From Lytechinus pictus (taxonomy: Eukaryota), in assembly GCF_037042905.1 (NCBI RefSeq), contig NC_087246.1:7876001-7940000 (forward strand): 64,000 nt of DNA, written 5' to 3'. Each line of letters begins with the position of its first letter. The stretch's first letter is position 1. The notes below the pieces were generated by a model. That model searched no databases, was not told where the DNA came from, and saw nothing but the letters and a program-made list of their open reading frames with translations. The position numbers were made by a program, and so were the translations under genes. Below, in pieces: positions 27,444 to 40,053 of the stretch.

Positions 27444-27747
27444 GGCCCGTATTCTGAACTCTGGTTTAAATTAAACCTTGGTTTAAAGTTGTGGTTTAAA
27501 TATGGAGAGCCAATTGGGGCACATATCCTTAACAGTACACATCCAATTTATTAACTCATTCGACACTCAAATTGTTCTTAATTGTCTGTTAATGGTAACT
27601 GACAGATTTTTCTTCATTATGAAAGCAAAAGGAAACAAAATAGTAAACATAAGAAATATACAATATAAACAGAAATTTTGGCTCCCAATAATTTTAGCAC
27701 AGAGTTAGACCGTGGTCTAAGTTAAACCCTACTTCAGAATGCGGGCC
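27444..27747. mobile_element. PIF/Harbinger-like MITE
   Basis: GGCCCGTATTCTGAA / TTCAGAATGCGGGCC, 3-bp ATT on both sides. Confidence 0.7.
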
Positions 27748-28065
27748 ATTGGGTTTAGGTAATGCAGTTTTAGCTTATTGTAAGTTCTTGATAATTCTTT
27801 GCTCTATACCTTACCACAAACCTATTTTTCCCCTTATCTTTAATGTTAATCATGTTTATGAGAGTGTACTACTCTCTGCAGAGTATAAAACATTATATTA
27901 CCAGAACTTAAGTCTGGTATTGATCCCCTCAAAGTGACATTAGACTATCATCATGATGCATAGAAAGGATCCACTCACAAATGTGAATCACATTAAATCA
28001 ATTTTGAAATAATCTGTTGACTTGTATGGTGCATAATTTCATATCTAATTGTGCCTGTTATCTGC

Positions 28066-28844
28066 TTAATAAATAGAGTAGAATTCACTGAACAAAATGC
28101 TGAAAATTTCATCAAAATCGGATAACAAATAATAAAGTTATTGAAGTTTAAAGTTTAGCAATATTTTGTGAAAACAGTCATCACGAATATTCATTAGGTG
28201 GGCTGATTATGTCGCATCTCCACTTTCCGTTTTCTTATGTTATTACAGAAAATCAAATTTTTTTCATTATTTCATACTTGTGTGAATAATATGTCTCCCT
28301 TATAATGAAATAAGTTGCAGCAATAAATATCTAATGCACTAAATCAGTTGTCAATCCAATTTTTCTAGTTCTTGGAGGAAAAAATTTGAATAAATCTAAT
28401 TTCATATAATAAAATACAAAAGAACAAGTGGGGATGTGCATAGGCGGGGGGGGGGACTTGTCCCCCCCCCCTAAATTTGAGGTGGGGGACGATCCCCCCC
28501 CCTAAATTTTGTATCAATAACTTTTTTTTTTTTTTGTGTGTGTTTGTCAAAAAATTTTGATGGTCCCCCCTAAAATTTGGGTGATAACCTTTTTCTTTTT
28601 TTTTGGTCGTCCCCCTCAATTTTTTGGGCTTCCGCCGCCAATAGGGATGTGACATCATCAGCCCACCTAATGAATATTCATGACGACTGTTTTCACAAAA
28701 TATTGCTTAACTTTAAAATTCAATAACTGTTATTTCAAATAACAAAGTTAGTGTTATCCGATTTTGATGAAATTTTCGGCATCTTGCTCAGTGAATTCTA
28801 CTCTATTTATTAAGCTATAATTACTTTCAGCCCGGACCATCCCT
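28066..28844. mobile_element. Kolobok-type MITE (family A), left end truncated, with nested insertion
   Basis: Colinear with 10763-11343; right terminus CAGCCCGGACCATCCCT-TTAA; interrupted at 28439-28643. Confidence 0.8.
28439..28643. mobile_element. Small hAT/P-like MITE with 8-bp TSD
   Basis: CATAGGCGG ... CCGCCAATA; GGGATGTG duplicated at 28431-28438 and 28644-28651, single in the other family A copies. Confidence 0.85.
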
Positions 28845-28858
28845 TTAATAGTCATGAG

Positions 28859-28979
28859 CACTAGCGTACCTACGGGTACGAGCCACCACCCATGCATGTA
28901 TCCCTGCCCCCCTGACGAGCTTGAAAGACCTTTTTGCCCCCCCTGACGAAAATCCTGGAAAATCCTAGGTACGCCACTG
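28859..28979. mobile_element. Small hAT-like MITE
   Basis: CACTAGCGTACCTA / TAGGTACGCCACTG; TSD GTCATGAG / GTCACGAG; same family as 34774-35068. Confidence 0.75.
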
Positions 28980-29890
28980 GTCACGAGTCAGTTATACCTA
29001 GTTCTTCCAAGGAGGTTTCAATGAGATGGAGTAACAGCAAATAAAATCCCTTTGAACGAGGATAAAAACCGCCACCAGCAAGTATGTCAGGCATGCACTT
29101 TGCTCAACATCTCTTGCCCATTGTGTAGACAAATGATTCTCGCATGACTCCACAGCTATAGGTCATATATAAAGGGATACATGCTATATTGTGATGATAA
29201 TTACTTTTTCGCTGCATCTTGATCTGGTTATATGTGTAGTACGTATTCGGAGGCGTGCGAAAATAAACTGCAATAAATGACTCAAATTTGCTCGACTGGG
29301 CATGCACGGGCACTCATCTGGCATATACAATAATGAATAACAATATTCCACTGACCACATTTGAAATTCTCATTCGCCGCAAACGATCGGAAAAGTGTTA
29401 AAATCTGTTTTCAGTAAACGTCAAATTCTTACATTTTTCACTAATTAAAGGTTGATTGATATAAGCTGGGCAAATATATCGGCGTAATAGTGCTTGGTTA
29501 TTGATATTTTGTAATGAGTTCAAATTTCAGTTTGTTTAATAATATGAAAAATGGAAATTGATACAAATGGATATTCGTAAAATTTCACCCCTCTGATTTC
29601 TTCGCTGAAACTGGCGGCTTCGAAGGCGGACTCTCAAAAAGGTTCTTATCGACTGCCATTCTTTCTTTTGTGCTTCTTTAGAAATGAATTACAGCTGCTT
29701 GAATAAATTTGTTGCCTGTTGGAACTCATCCATGCAGTCATAGAATCTTCTTGGTTCTTCACACTGTCACAATTCATGCCACAATGGAAACCATGGTCTC
29801 AATCGCGGAATAATTGTGACTGTGGCAGATCTTGAGGTCGTGGTAATCATGATTTTAGATCAAAAATTTGGACAGCTCAAAAATTTTCCT

Positions 29891-30021
29891 GGGTCCCGTA
29901 ACACCAAGGTTAGCGATTAATCGTACGCTTGATTTTCACGATTTAATCTATACTGTAGTCAATGCAATCAATCGTAGAAAAATTATCTAGGATCATTGCT
30001 AAACTTTGTGTTACGGGCCCC
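29891..30021. mobile_element. PIF/Harbinger-like MITE
   Basis: GGGTCCCGTAACAC / GTGTTACGGGCCCC inverted termini. Confidence 0.65.
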
Positions 30022-30579
30022 TGATCAGCGGCTAAGAAAGGCCAATCTCAAAGGATGCACAACAGAATTGAGACAAGTCAGATAGATCATCAAAGTTGGT
30101 AGTGATCTGATCCATGATTGTTAACATAATCTTCATAAATTACATGAAATATTGTGGTATTTTAGTCTATTCTCTATTCCACAGGATGCTGTATGATTAT
30201 GGCAATTAGATTATTTGATAATAAATTAAATAAAGATGCCTGAACTACTTTCCTGGCTTTAGATATTCTTTGTGCATTATTTTGTTTTATGCAAATAGTG
30301 AAGGTTAGGAATCTTATTCAGAATGGGATTTTGAATTTGATGAGACTCGGTGGTTATGACGGACCACCATCCGATCCAACAAATTCTAAAACATGAACCA
30401 TGAGCAAACTTTGTCATTTTATGGTTTTGTTATATTCTCCTTTTATTCCCCCCCCCCCACATTATTTTTTGAACAATATATCCCCCTAAAAAACAAATTT
30501 GGAAAGCCAATTCCCTCCTTCATGCCCATACAGGCAAAGAAAACACCTATAATAACTATAATGCTCTTTCTTCAATTAA

Positions 30580-31160
30580 TGAGGGGCACAAAAACTTTGG
30601 AACAAGTGGGCTTGCATGTGGAAACAGAAAAATCATATAATGATATCAAAGAAAGTTTGAGAAAATTGGTCAAAAATAAAGAAAAAGCTATGAGCATTTG
30701 AATATTGCAATCACTATAATGCTATGGAGATCCTCCAATTGGCAATGCGACAAAGATGTGTGATGTCACATATGAACTATACTTTAATTCCCTTTGATGG
30801 ACTATGAAATACCCCCAAATATCTCTTTTTGCTCTTTCTCTTTTAAAATCTGTTTTACTTGCCTTGTCATTATGAGATGTGATAAAAGAGGCAGATTAAT
30901 ATACAAAAGTTTATGGGAAAGTTGTTCACACGTACGTGACGTCACCAGCATTATGTTGATAAATTTTTCCACCTCTAGCTATCATACTGGACATCACACA
31001 TCTTTCTGGCATTCAAGTTCTACATTACAATAATGATCTAAATTCAAATGCTCTTAACTTTCTTATTGTTTATTCAATTTTCTCAAAGTTTCGTTGATCT
31101 GTTTTTGTGATTGTTCTGTTCTTACACAAGCTATCATGTTCCAAATGTTCCGTTTTCCTG
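30580..31160. mobile_element. TTAA-flanked MITE (family B), degenerate
   Basis: Colinear with 13125-13603 (GAAAGTTTGAGAAAA, GCAATGCGACAAAGAT, ATTCAAATGCTC). Confidence 0.65.
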
Positions 31161-31424
31161 TATAATCCATGCATGGATGGGTGAATGAATGTGCAGCCTC
31201 CCGGCACAGCCTATTTTATGTACCTGCATGATCTAGCTCTTGTAATTGAAAACAGCTTTCAGTCTTTGATTAATTTGGCTGGCAACTATTGTCATGCAGA
31301 AAGAACTATATTATGTTCCCCTGGCTTGGAGCTTTTTAAAATGGATTTAAAAGCTTCCTTTATATATCGAGTTATATTTCTCTTTCGATTTCTCCTTCAT
31401 TTTTGTCTTCTTATATCGAGGTTT

Positions 31425-31618
31425 TTTACCTGACTGCTAAATAAGCACGAATGCCTGTGAACAAGCAACCAGGGGACCAACGGCTTAAGGTCCTCTCCGA
31501 GGGACCTGGTAATGAGGATAAATGCCTTACCAAAGGGCACTAGCGCACCACTTGGGAATCGAACCCGGGTCACCGGAATCCGAAACCCCCGCTCTACCGA
31601 CTGAGCTATCGCGCCTCC
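31425..31618 (-). mobile_element. tRNA-derived SINE
   Basis: Minus strand GGCGCGATAGCTCAGTCGGTAGAGC (A box) and GGTTCGATTCCC (B box), then a non-tRNA body; no acceptor stem. Confidence 0.8.
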
Positions 31619-32190
31619 AATATTTTCATATGATTGTTTTTCTTTCATTTTCCCCTATTTTTCTTTTCCATTTTCTTTTATTTTCTCTTCTTTTTCTTTT
31701 AATTTATTTCTCTTTCTCCCTTAATTCTTTTTTTTCTATGTCTTTATTGCTATCTTCTAGTCTCGTGTGAACACGTATACTGACTATCGCGATAGTCAGT
31801 ATAGCGATAGTCACTATAGCGATAGCCCATCAATTTAGAATTGTGTCTATTATTCATTAGATTAAACATACTTATATGATTCCACTGAATATTGATAAAC
31901 GACGAACCACACAATGTTAAACATAGTTTGGTTTCATTTTATTTTGGCAGTCATCTCTAAATAAAATAGCCCTTTCTCTGAATAGCTCATAGAGTTGGAT
32001 AGCTCGACAAGCTCAATCTTTATCAATCTTTATCATGATCAAATTGGCAACTTGGCGGTACGTTTGTTTATTATTGTGTTCTCACTTTCACGGTACGGTC
32101 GACAGAAAGCAGAATTATTTACACAATCGCTCAAAATCTACGTAATCGAGGTTTATTTTCATCCAGAAATACTTGAAATCGAAATAAAAG

Positions 32191-35100
32191 ATGTCGATCG
32201 GTGTACCTATTAAGGTTTTACACGAGGCAGAGGGACATATCATCACTTGTGAGACGAATACAGGTGAAGTCTACCGTGGAAAGCTCATCGAAGCCGAAGA
32301 CAACATGAACTGCCAAATGATGCACATAACTGTCACTTATCGCGACGGACGAGTCGCACAGCTTGAGCATGTTTATATCAGGGGAAGCAAAATTAGATTT
32401 TTCATCTTGCCTGATATGCTGAAGAATGCTCCCATGTTTAAGAAAGCCGGATCTAAGGGATCTGCAGGACGAGGAAAGTCTGCGATTCTGAGAGCCCAGG
32501 GTACGTTTTGCAATGTAAAATCAATTGACATTTTTCTGTATGGTGTAACCGGTCAACCCTACCTCAGCTCAGCCAGGCGAGGCGAGGCCGAGGGTACCGT
32601 ATGGGCACTATGATGGGGTGTCCAAACTTCGCGCACTTTTCAAAAATATTCATCAGGTTTAAATTTTTTCACAAAATATTCATAAATTATACAAAACCAA
32701 TTAAAAAAATAGTTACCACATTGACGGCAAGATCGTAAACTATAAAATAATGGACGAAAATGTAAAGTAGGTCAAGGGAATTCGCCAGTATCGCGATCTC
32801 AAAATTCTATTCTGATCGGCGAATGCGCGCTGTACTGGAAAACGTTCAGAAAAAGTGTGACCTAACTTCGCGGACCAAAGTTTTTGTGGACATTTAAACA
32901 AAAACTCAAGCTCAAAAAGTGAAATATTTATATCAGATTGATGGCAAAATGCTATAGAATTGGTTTGTACCACATTTAACTCACATTTTTGATGATTTCT
33001 GCTTGCAAAATGGTGATATCGTGATGCTTGTTGAGAATATCAGATTTCTTCAAAAACGGGCGCTAACGGTGACAAATTTGCCGATCTTTTGCCAATATTT
33101 TCATGAATACTGAACTCATCCTAAAGAAACTTACACCAAAGGGTAATTTTAGGTCGCTTTTCACGTTGATGATGTCAGATTTTAAGGATATTGGCTAGTT
33201 TTTTAGATAATGACCGTCCGCGAAGTATGGACACGCGCGAAGTTTGGACTCACTGCCATACTAGTATTCGACCTGGCATAATTCAAAGATTTGGCCAAAT
33301 TCCCCCAAATATTTAGAAATAGGGAATTTATCTTAATTTCATACCTTCTTTGTTATTTCAAGGCCAGGGTAATGACTATGTTAATCTGTTTTCGGTATTT
33401 TCTTTATCAATCTGTGACTGTGAGTGTAATTCTGTCGATTGTGCGGAGGATCAAATTATGCGGCGATGACCTTTTGGCAATTTTTTTTTTGCACTGAATT
33501 GCACTAGTAAGTAGTATTCAACCTAGTGATGATAGATAGTGAATCTCAAAATGGTTTAAATTGCTAAACTAGATCTATGACGTACAGACTAGATGTAGGC
33601 CTAACTGTTAACAGTAGAGCCTAGAGGCATGAGAGGCGCACAGCCAATATGGGAGACTCTCTCCAATAGGGGAGACAATCTCCCACATTGGAGACTTGCT
33701 TTGCAAAAGGACAAAAGAAACAACACCAACAAAAGCATGATTTTTTCCACCCAAAATTTTGTCTCACTGAGGTCAGAAGCCCATTTGTTTTGTGTGTGAT
33801 TGACAACAAAAATCCTTTATCAAAACAAAAGTAGACGGTGAATTTTTAAAGTAGACGGTGAAAAGGGGTAATTTTTCATGAGGAATCTGCTTATCACATT
33901 TTTATTTGCCGCCAAGTTAATCCTTTTGCAGCAAATGTAAACAAAGGAAATTGGACTCCAAAACTGGAGACTGTCTCTGAAATTGGATACCCAAATTCTT
34001 TACAAAAGTCTCTGATATTGGAGATAATCTCCCACATTGGAGACAGTCTCCAATATTGGCCGTGCGCCTCTACTGGTTAAGTCTCTGGCTTTGACTAATT
34101 CCCTGTTTGGTCTCATCTCAAATCCATTACACCTATTCGTCATACAACTTGGCCCTTAAGTAAATTTGATTCTTTAAATTATTTTTTTCTTGATTAAAAA
34201 TAGAGATAAAAAAATGAAAATTTTCTTGCCATATTACTTTCCACCAAAAGAGGGCGTACACAAAAATATGCCCAAAATTCAAGTTTTTGAGTGCTCTAGT
34301 AAATACAAAAATTATTCCCAAGTTACTAATGAAAAATAAATTGCAACTGTATGAAAATTAGTAATTTTGGTCACAAAAGTGATATTTTAATGATTTTTTA
34401 AAGTGTGTGCTCTGTACAGCATTGGCATGCCATAGTCCTACCTGTAGATTCCACACAGGCAGGATGGTTGCAGTGAACAAGTGGGCAGATCGAGAAACAG
34501 GGCCATCTTTCATCGCTAGGTTGAATACTGGTGCCGACGGATTGAATACTAGTGCCAAAAACCATCGACGTATAATTCGATCGCCCGCGTACACAGTCGA
34601 CGGGTTGAAGAAAAAAATAATGCAAAAAGAATAACCAACATTTGCTCTTGGAAATAAGGCAGGTCTGAAATTAAGGTAAATTCCATATTTCTATAAATTT
34701 GAGGAAATTCTCCAAATGGGTTGAATACTAGTGCCCTTACGGTACTCAGACTGTCTCAGTAGAGGCCCACGGCCAGCGGCGTACCTAGGATTTTTCAAAG
34801 GGGGGCAAATTCGTCCACCCACCCCCCCAACAAAAAGGTCTTCAACCGCAAGTAAATGACATTTCGCACCAGAAAAAAAATTGACAAGCAGAAAAAAAAG
34901 TCTTCAACCACAAATAAAGGACATTTCGCACCAGAATAAAATTGCAAGCAAAAAAAAAAGGTCTTCAAGTTCAAAGGAGGGGCCCACACAGAGATACGTC
35001 CCTTGCATGTGTTGTGACTCCTCAGGGGGGGGGCAGTCTGCCCCCCCCCCCCCTTAGGTACGCTGATGCCCACGGCTAATATGGGAGACAATCTCCCATA

Positions 35101-36340
35101 TTGGAGACTTGCTTTGCAAAAAAGAACAAAAGAAACAATACCAACAAAAGCGTGATTTTTTCCACCCAAAATTTTGTCTCGGCTCACTGTCATCTGATTC
35201 TGAGGTCAGAAGTAGCCAGGGGCATGAGGCTTCTGGTTCTAGAGAGTAAAAATCATTTACTATTCAAACATATGCTTTCTCTCTATGAAGCCAGGGATTC
35301 CATTGGCATTGCATTCATCCAACGTTACATGTACCACCAAAAAACCTCAAACTTTAAAGTTTACTTTCGCCCCCGAGATTTCTACTTTACTAGCTATCAA
35401 CAATGAGAAACAAAACGTCTCAAAATCGGTGATTTGAAGACGGTTCTCCATTCATTAATTCATACGTATTCTCTGCCGATTGCGCGGCCGTCTGTAGCAA
35501 TTTAAATCTAACGTTAAATCTACATGTAGAATTGCTGCAGTGCAGACCTCCACGCATGCGCAATTTGCCTTCGCCATTTTCTATTCGGCAGAGAATTTGA
35601 TGTGTGATGAATCGAGAGTTGGTTTCAAATCACAGATTTTGAGATGTTTTCTAGAAAAGGCAGAGTGAGTCTGTGTCCAATGGTAACTGTAGTGTACATA
35701 CATGTACATGTAGAGTATTGAAGCTGAATGTATGTTTACAGTAGGTCTTCATATGTTGGCTTTGTAACCAATACCATGAAGTGCCACAATTTGTCTTTGT
35801 TTTTGGTGAGCTTCAAATCACCAAGTCTTGTTATATTGATTGTAAATATTTATTATAAAAGCATTTGCATGTCACCGAGTTCAGCATATCACTGTTTTAA
35901 TATAAAAAAACAAGCTAAATTTTAAAATGTCATAACTTTCTTATTTTACATCCGATTTTGATGAAATTTTCAGCGTTATGCTCGTTTGATTTTTCTCTCT
36001 TTATTCAAATCACCATTTTTCTGGGGTGGACTTGACCTTTAATGATTAGACAGATCGTATGTCAATTTTCTGATTGTTTGGCACAAAAGTTGTAGTATGC
36101 CACCCTCCCTGGATAATCTGTCAGAGCAGAGTTGTAAATAGATTGGCTGTTTGTTCAAACTTGTACTCAAATGTACTAAGACTTAATATCAATAAAAATT
36201 TTAAATGCATATAAAAATTCATTCACTTATTTCTTATTCATTTTGCAGTTGCTGCTGGAGGTCGAGGAGGAAGAGGCCGTGGTGGTGGACGTGGTGATGG
36301 AGGACGAGGAAGAGGAAACGTCTTCCAGAGGAGGAGATGA
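32191..36340 (+). CDS. SNRPD3: Small nuclear ribonucleoprotein Sm D3, 133 aa
   Basis: Exon 32191-32500 ([16 protein letters not shown]...[22 protein letters not shown]...ILRAQ) plus exon 36249-36340 (RG-rich tail ...RGNVFQRRR*); phase-1 GT-AG intron; AATAAA at 36756-36761. Confidence 0.97.
32611..33259. mobile_element. Unclassified TIR element inserted in the host TIR
   Basis: GTCCAAACTTCGCG / CGCGAAGTTTGGAC subterminal inverted repeats; ACTA apparently duplicated. Confidence 0.65.
33632..34072. mobile_element. Unclassified MITE (TAGAGGCGCAC ends)
   Basis: AGAGGCGCACAGCCAATAT / ATATTGGCCGTGCGCCTCTA; a partial second copy starts at ~34760. Confidence 0.7.
34774..35068. mobile_element. hAT-like MITE with 8-bp TSD
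   Basis: CAGCGGCGTACCTAGG ... TAGGTACGCTGATG; CCCACGGC duplicated at 34766-34773 and 35069-35076. Confidence 0.82.
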
Positions 36341-37373
36341 TCTGCCAAAACGCCATTAGATAACCCTTGTACTATAATTTCTTTCCGCCTATATACAGTC
36401 CTTTGGAGCATATCTTGAAACAAATAGTGATTTTCACAGACTATTATAAGCTATGAAAAATCCTTGCATCTGATTGGCTGAGAGCAAATTAGTCTTTGGA
36501 AATCACCAATTGACTATCTCATCATAAAATGTTCCCCTTGTGTACAACTCCACATAAGGTCTGATGGCATTTTTCACTAGATAAGATTATGTGCATGTTT
36601 CGAGTTTAACATTACATTACAGACTGCTGGATCTACAATGTATGTCATAGTATTTTCATCATCTTAATCTTTAGTGGTGTGTTAGTGTACTGTTACATGT
36701 ACATGTTTGTACTTGACATCTTAACAGTATCCGTCCATCTACTTCATTTTCAATGAATAAAGTGGTTGTAACTTATGACGTGGACCTTTACTTTAATGAT
36801 TCCAGCATTTCCCCTTTTCTGTTGCAAACACAATTATCGGTAATGAACAAGTTTGTTCAGTTTCAATATTTTGTACTAGTGCAGATTTTCTGAGACACCC
36901 GACTAAAAGAGATTTACAGAAAAAAATATCCGTTGAGCTTTAAAAAAATACAATCGTATTTGAAAAAAGTACCTTTCATGCAAAACAGATTTTTTTTTTT
37001 TTTTAGTGACAACTATTTTATTACTCAATGTGCCGAAATGACATACAATGTAAATCTCTTTTTCAAGACAAGTAGTGATTGTTACTCAATGCACATAAGA
37101 AATGAATGGTGAAAAGTGTACAAATACATGTACTAGACCTTACCCGGACTTCAGTAGATACAAGTTTTTAACACCGAAATTGTCAAATGCTTGTCATCTG
37201 TTTTAATGTTATTTTACTTTTTTAATTTCATAAAGAAAAGGATGCTTGTGATAACATGAAATTATAGAAAATTTTGGCCCATTAAGGTCCATATTTGTTG
37301 AGGGAAATTGGTCAACAAAGTTATTCTTTCATGCATCTGACCATTCTACATTTATCTCCCTTTCAGCAATTTT

Positions 37374-38162
37374 TTGTCTCACCTGCATAGCAGAGTGAGA
37401 CTATAGGCGCCGCTTTTCCGACGGCGACGGCGGCGGCGTCAACACCAAATCTTAACCTGAGGTTAAGTTTTTGAAATGACAGCATAACTTAGAAAGTATA
37501 TGGACCTAGTTCATGAAACTTGGCCATAAGGTTAATCAAGTATTACTGAACATCCTGCCTGAGTTTCATGTCACATGACCAAGGTCAAAGGTCATTTAGG
37601 GTCAATGAACTTAGACCATGTTGGGGGAATCAACATCAAAATCTTAACCTAAGGTTAAGTTTTTGAAATGTCATCATAACTTAGAAAATATATGGACCTA
37701 GTTCATGAAACTTATACATAAGGTTAATCAAGTATCACTGAACATCCTGCATGAGTTTCACATCACATGACCAAGGTCAAAGGTCATTTAGGGTCAATGA
37801 ACTTTGGCTGAATTGGGGGTATCTGTTGAATTACCATCATAACTTTGAAAGCTTATGGATCTGATTCATGAAACTTGGACATAATAGTAATCAAGTATCA
37901 CTGAACATCATGTGCGAGTTTCAGGTCACATGATCAAGGTCAAAGGTCATGTAAGGTCAAAGAACTTTGGCCACGTTGGGGGTATTTGTTGAATTGCCAT
38001 CATATCTCTATAAGTGTATTGGTCTAGTTCATAAAACGTGGAAATAAGAGTAACCAAGTATCACTGAACATCTTGGGCGAGCTATAGTAGTTTTCAAAAT
38101 CAGCACTGCTGCTATATTGAATCGCGTGATGCAGGTGAGACGGCCAGAGGCATTCCACTTGT
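37374..38162 (+). mobile_element. Helentron-associated non-autonomous element (HINE/DINE-1/Tsp-like) with internal tandem repeats
   Basis: Subterminal inverted repeats GTCTCACCTGCAT (5') and ATGCAGGTGAGAC (3'), a short 3' end ...GGCATTCCACTTG, inserted in a T-run without TSD; internal ~180-bp units with CATGACCAAGGTCAAAGGTCA. Confidence 0.75.
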
Positions 38163-39212
38163 TTTTTATATCGGTGTGATACTTCACAAATCTCCTTCGT
38201 CATGGATTATTTAAGATAATTCAAGTAACATCAAGTGCCTTGAATTAAAAGATTAAATTTTGAGAAGTATATATAACTCCCCTAGTTGACCTCCATAAGG
38301 TTGAATAAAGTGAAAGCATATCCATTAATTTTAAGTAAATCATTTGTAGTCCATTACTTTTTGGAAGAAACTGCTTCAGTTTTCATAGAAAGTGGATTGT
38401 GACTTGATCTCAGAAATATGAATGTTAACGTACATGTAATTGGAATAATGGTAGAACAAAGCACAGCTACCTTGATTTCCAGTGAGGCATTGTATAGATT
38501 ATATAAAATGCATTTTCATGAACATCTGTTGCTGGATAAATGCCGAAATGTCTTTCTTGGAGGCCATTACCAGTGCATGTAATTTCTTATCCATCTGTTT
38601 ATAGGTCATAACATGTTTATTATTGGCAGCTTCAGCACTATCAGTTGTGCATAGTTCTGAGTTTATTGGTCTCAGTAGTTGTGGGGGTCGGGCTCAACAA
38701 ATTGTTTTTCTTGTACTTTTGTGCAGTACACAGGATGACACAACTGTCAATAAATTTTTCTTGTACTGTACAATCAACATTCCTGACTTATGAAGAACCA
38801 TCCTGTAAATAATCTGAATGTAGCAAAAAGCAAACAGATGTGTAGGGGATTGTATTTTAGTTCCTTTGTAAAAAGAAAAAAAAAATGCAGATATGCACAC
38901 TACATCACTGTATATGCGTAGTTGATTTTGATGTCCGAGTACATCATGTTTTTCGTCAGATAATCGTGTATGTAAATTGTGAAGTTTTGTAAATTCAAAC
39001 AAGTTGCGAGTGTACCATATTAAATATCAGTGAATTTTTTCAATGATACATGCACTTTTCTCTTTGTCCAACTGTATAATTCTGTGCAAGTAATATGAAG
39101 ATGAAAGAGGAACCTGCATATCTCAGACCAATGACGCAGTCAGAGTACGCAGTTATGAAATTACCTAAAATGCAGCACGAGTCAAACCCAAATTTACTTT
39201 GTACATTATATA

Positions 39213-40053
39213 CAAGGCGTTTCTGAAAAAAAAAGGATAACCGAAGTTCAAAGGTCAGCTTTATCATAAATTCATGATTTATTCATGTGATTTCTATTTT
39301 AATTGACTGAGTAACCCAACTTTCATTTGACACCTTACTTGGGTCACCATTGTCACTGGTCATAGAGTTGGGATCCTTCGAATGCGAAGGATACAAAACT
39401 TTTTTCTTCAAGTTTTGGGGTGTTATTCTTCATGCACGAAATCAACTTTGTAGTAACATTTTGGTTTAATCAGTTTTACCTTCAAATTTCAGTCAAATGC
39501 GATGCACTGTGTTAACTTGTTTGTGAGCGACTGGCATTTACATATCAACTACCTATCTTTAATCTCTGTTGAACACATTCATCCCTACATTTGCACCAAC
39601 ACCTTCAAAGTTTTCACATTTACTCCCGTCAACGCAACATGTCTTGCATTGCCCTTCCCACCATTGCGGGATTGTGACGAAGAACATCTAGTGACAAACT
39701 TGTGCCATTTTAGTCCCCAACGATGTGCTCAACCAAAATTTCAACTACACACCAGATATGTGACATTCACTCGCAAAAAAGTTTGCAGAAGGGATAAAAT
39801 TTCATTGAAATTTGAAGGGAAAACTGATGAAACCAAAACTTTACAAAGTGGGTTTCATCCTGTAAGTACGTCTTGTAACCTTCGCTTTCAAAGGACCAGA
39901 ACTCTGTGACATGTAACAATTGTGACGCAAGAAAGGTGTCAAATTAAAGTAGATTAGTTAATCGGTTATGGATAGTAAAAATAATGAGAATAAATCATGT
40001 CTTGATATAGCTGACCTTAGAACTTCGGTTACCTTTTTTTTAGAAACGCCTTG
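39213..40053. mobile_element. Tc1/mariner-type deletion derivative with ~270-bp TIRs
   Basis: TA-CAAGGCGTTTCT ... AGAAACGCCTTG-TA; arms remain complementary to ~39490 / ~39800. Confidence 0.85.

Larger units (their letters stand above)
32597..34742. mobile_element. pogo/Tc1-mariner-like MITE hosting two nested elements
   Basis: TA-CCGTATGGGCACTA[insertion]GTATTCGACC ... GGTTGAATACTAGTGCCCTTACGG-TA; the left TIR is split by the 32611-33259 element. Confidence 0.75.

Noticed and set aside
29040..29830. Somewhat CpG-richer intergenic stretch between PIGL and SNRPD3
   Set aside because: I could not find termini, a TSD, a credible ORF or an RNA structure; left unannotated.
30393..31033. ORFs of 102 and 79 aa, and most other short ORFs in the track
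   Set aside because: They lie in MITEs, SINEs or AT-rich introns, show low-complexity composition and match no recognisable domain.
31540..31618. Possible tRNA genes (also 1734-1805 and 27205-27277)
   Set aside because: A and B boxes are present, but there is no proper acceptor stem or cloverleaf, and each runs into a SINE body.
32501..32613. C-terminal part of the 140-aa ORF 32191-32613
   Set aside because: Intron read-through past the GT at 32501; the conserved RG-rich tail is in the exon at 36249-36340.
37440..38080. Regularly spaced repeats that could be mistaken for a CRISPR array (also 61330-62330)
   Set aside because: The whole ~180-bp unit repeats with no unique spacers, there are no cas genes, and the context is eukaryotic.
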